NCBI GenBank assembly: GCA_047614605.1
Contig: JBLHHD010000001.1
Location: forward strand, 1-26,613
DNA: 26,613 bases
From: Alteromonadaceae bacterium
GTDB lineage: Bacteria > Pseudomonadota > Gammaproteobacteria > Enterobacterales > Alteromonadaceae
Reading direction: 5' to 3'
Under the pieces are notes generated by a model. That model worked only from the letters and a program-made list of their open reading frames with translations, was not told the origin of the DNA and made no database searches. The position numbers were made by a program, and so were the translations under genes. Shown piece after piece: positions 25,544 through 26,613 of this stretch; positions within the stretch are counted from its first letter, which is position 1, and the number at the start of each line of letters is the position of its first letter.

Positions 25544-26398
25544 ATGAAAACAAGTAAGACCTGGTGGGGTCAAAAATTTATCACTGCACTGACAGAGTTT
25601 ACCGAAGAAGGCCGTTTAACCAGAGGCCGTGCTTATCGTACTGACAATCGCGTGAAGCAGTGGGATATCTCGGGCAGTAAGATAACCGCTAAAATCCGGG
25701 GCAATAAAAACCCCTATTTTGGCGTTTACAAAGAACCCACGTATACCACCACTTTGGCGTTGATACCGATATCGACAAAGCAATGGAACAAATTGTTATT
25801 GGCTATTGGCGAAAATGCCGGGGCCATTTGCAAGTTGATGAACAATGAAATGCCCGATGATATTGAGCAACCCTTTGATACTGTCGGTTTGCATTTGTTG
25901 CCGCTCAGCAATAAGGACTTTACGGTTAACTGTTCATGCCCAGATTATGCAGTCCCGTGCAAACATATCGCCGGGGTCTTTTATCGTTTGGCAGAGCAGT
26001 TGGATCACGATCCGTTGTTGCTTTTTCAGTTACGTGGACTGTCTCACCAGCAACTTCATCAACAATTGGCAAAGTCAGCATTAGGCGAGGCGTTATTGTT
26101 ATCACTAAGTGCCAGTGACACCATGCCTGAGCCGCTAGAAAGTTATTATACGCGCCCCAAAGAACTGACGATTAAACCGCCAATGGATGTCAAAAGCTTT
26201 TGGCTGGGTGAAACGCCGTTGTTACCTTTAAAATTACCCCAACGTGCAATCGAACCATCTGCTGGCGCGACAATCTCAGCATTGTTAATCAAAAAAGGCG
26301 GAGAATTTCCACCGTTTTGGGATCGCGATAATTCATTTATCGAAGCGATGGAAGGTTATTATGCAGCCTTGCGCAAGAATGGTCAGAAGTTGTTGTAA
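25544..26398 (+). CDS. SWIM zinc-finger protein, 284 aa
   Basis: CSCPDYAVPCKH (CxCxnCxH), N-terminal TWWG.KF...L...GRL.RGR.Y, and a GGAG RBS. Starts 4 nt after the helicase stop. Confidence 0.92.
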   Translation: MKTSKTWWGQKFITALTEFTEEGRLTRGRAYRTDNRVKQWDISGSKITAKIRGNKNPYFGVYKEPTYTTTLALIPISTKQWNKLLLAIGENAGAICKLMNNEMPDDIEQPFDTVGLHLLPLSNKDFTVNCSCPDYAVPCKHIAGVFYRLAEQLDHDPLLLFQLRGLSHQQLHQQLAKSALGEALLLSLSASDTMPEPLESYYTRPKELTIKPPMDVKSFWLGETPLLPLKLPQRAIEPSAGATISALLIKKGGEFPPFWDRDNSFIEAMEGYYAALRKNGQKLL

Positions 26399-26473
26399 GC
26401 GAAGTTGTGGTGTACATATTTAAAAATGTTCGTAGGGTGTATCGCGGCGAAGCTAGGCGTTTATCCGATAATA

Positions 26474-26598
26474 GAGTCAATTCTAAGGGAAAGCGGGTTT
26501 GAGATCGTTTTCGCGGTTTTTCAGGCGAATAGTTTGACTATTTAACTGGAAAAAGCGCGTAAAATAGCCAAATCCAGATTTTCCTCAGTCGAGTCTCA
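26474..26598. repeat. Long imperfect palindrome (~125 bp), ERIC/MITE-like dispersed repeat candidate
   Basis: Central AATAGT-TTG-ACTATT, flanked by GCGGTTTTTCAG / CTGGAAAAAGCGC and weaker outer arms. Confidence 0.5.
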
Positions 26599-26613
26599 TT
26601 CTCGGACAGGCTC

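Noticed and set aside
22369-26598. 9-bp inverted repeat TGAGACTCG / CGAGTCTCA flanking SNF2-SWIM as transposon ends
   Set aside because: Too short to exceed chance, with no transposase or target-site duplication; the right copy is part of the palindromic repeat.

Overview
A window from a marine-type gammaproteobacterium (Alteromonadales-like; inferred from gene content and REP types) with four blocks. (1) A minus-strand polytopic membrane protein gene that carries an in-frame TGA near its probable true start. (2) An alpha-glucan operon (glgP remnant - glgB - glgX - malQ - GH13 lipoprotein amylase) behind two tandem palindromic operators. Its first gene is a 280-aa glycogen phosphorylase with two in-frame deletions. 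(3) A polymorphic-toxin cassette bracketed by REP clusters. It holds a ~2850-aa protein with a Sec signal and FN3/SpvB/FG-GAP/YD/RHS-core architecture, a URI(GIY-YIG)-like nuclease tip and a coupled immunity gene. On each side lies a small secreted protein that resembles a Shiga-toxin B subunit (OB-fold, AB5-type). This cassette is the best candidate for an undescribed system. (4) A small lipoprotein and a SNF2 helicase + SWIM zinc-finger pair, where the helicase has a 1-nt frameshift in a T run. No rRNA, tRNA, CRISPR array or transposase was recognised. All family assignments come from reading motifs by eye; no database searches were run.
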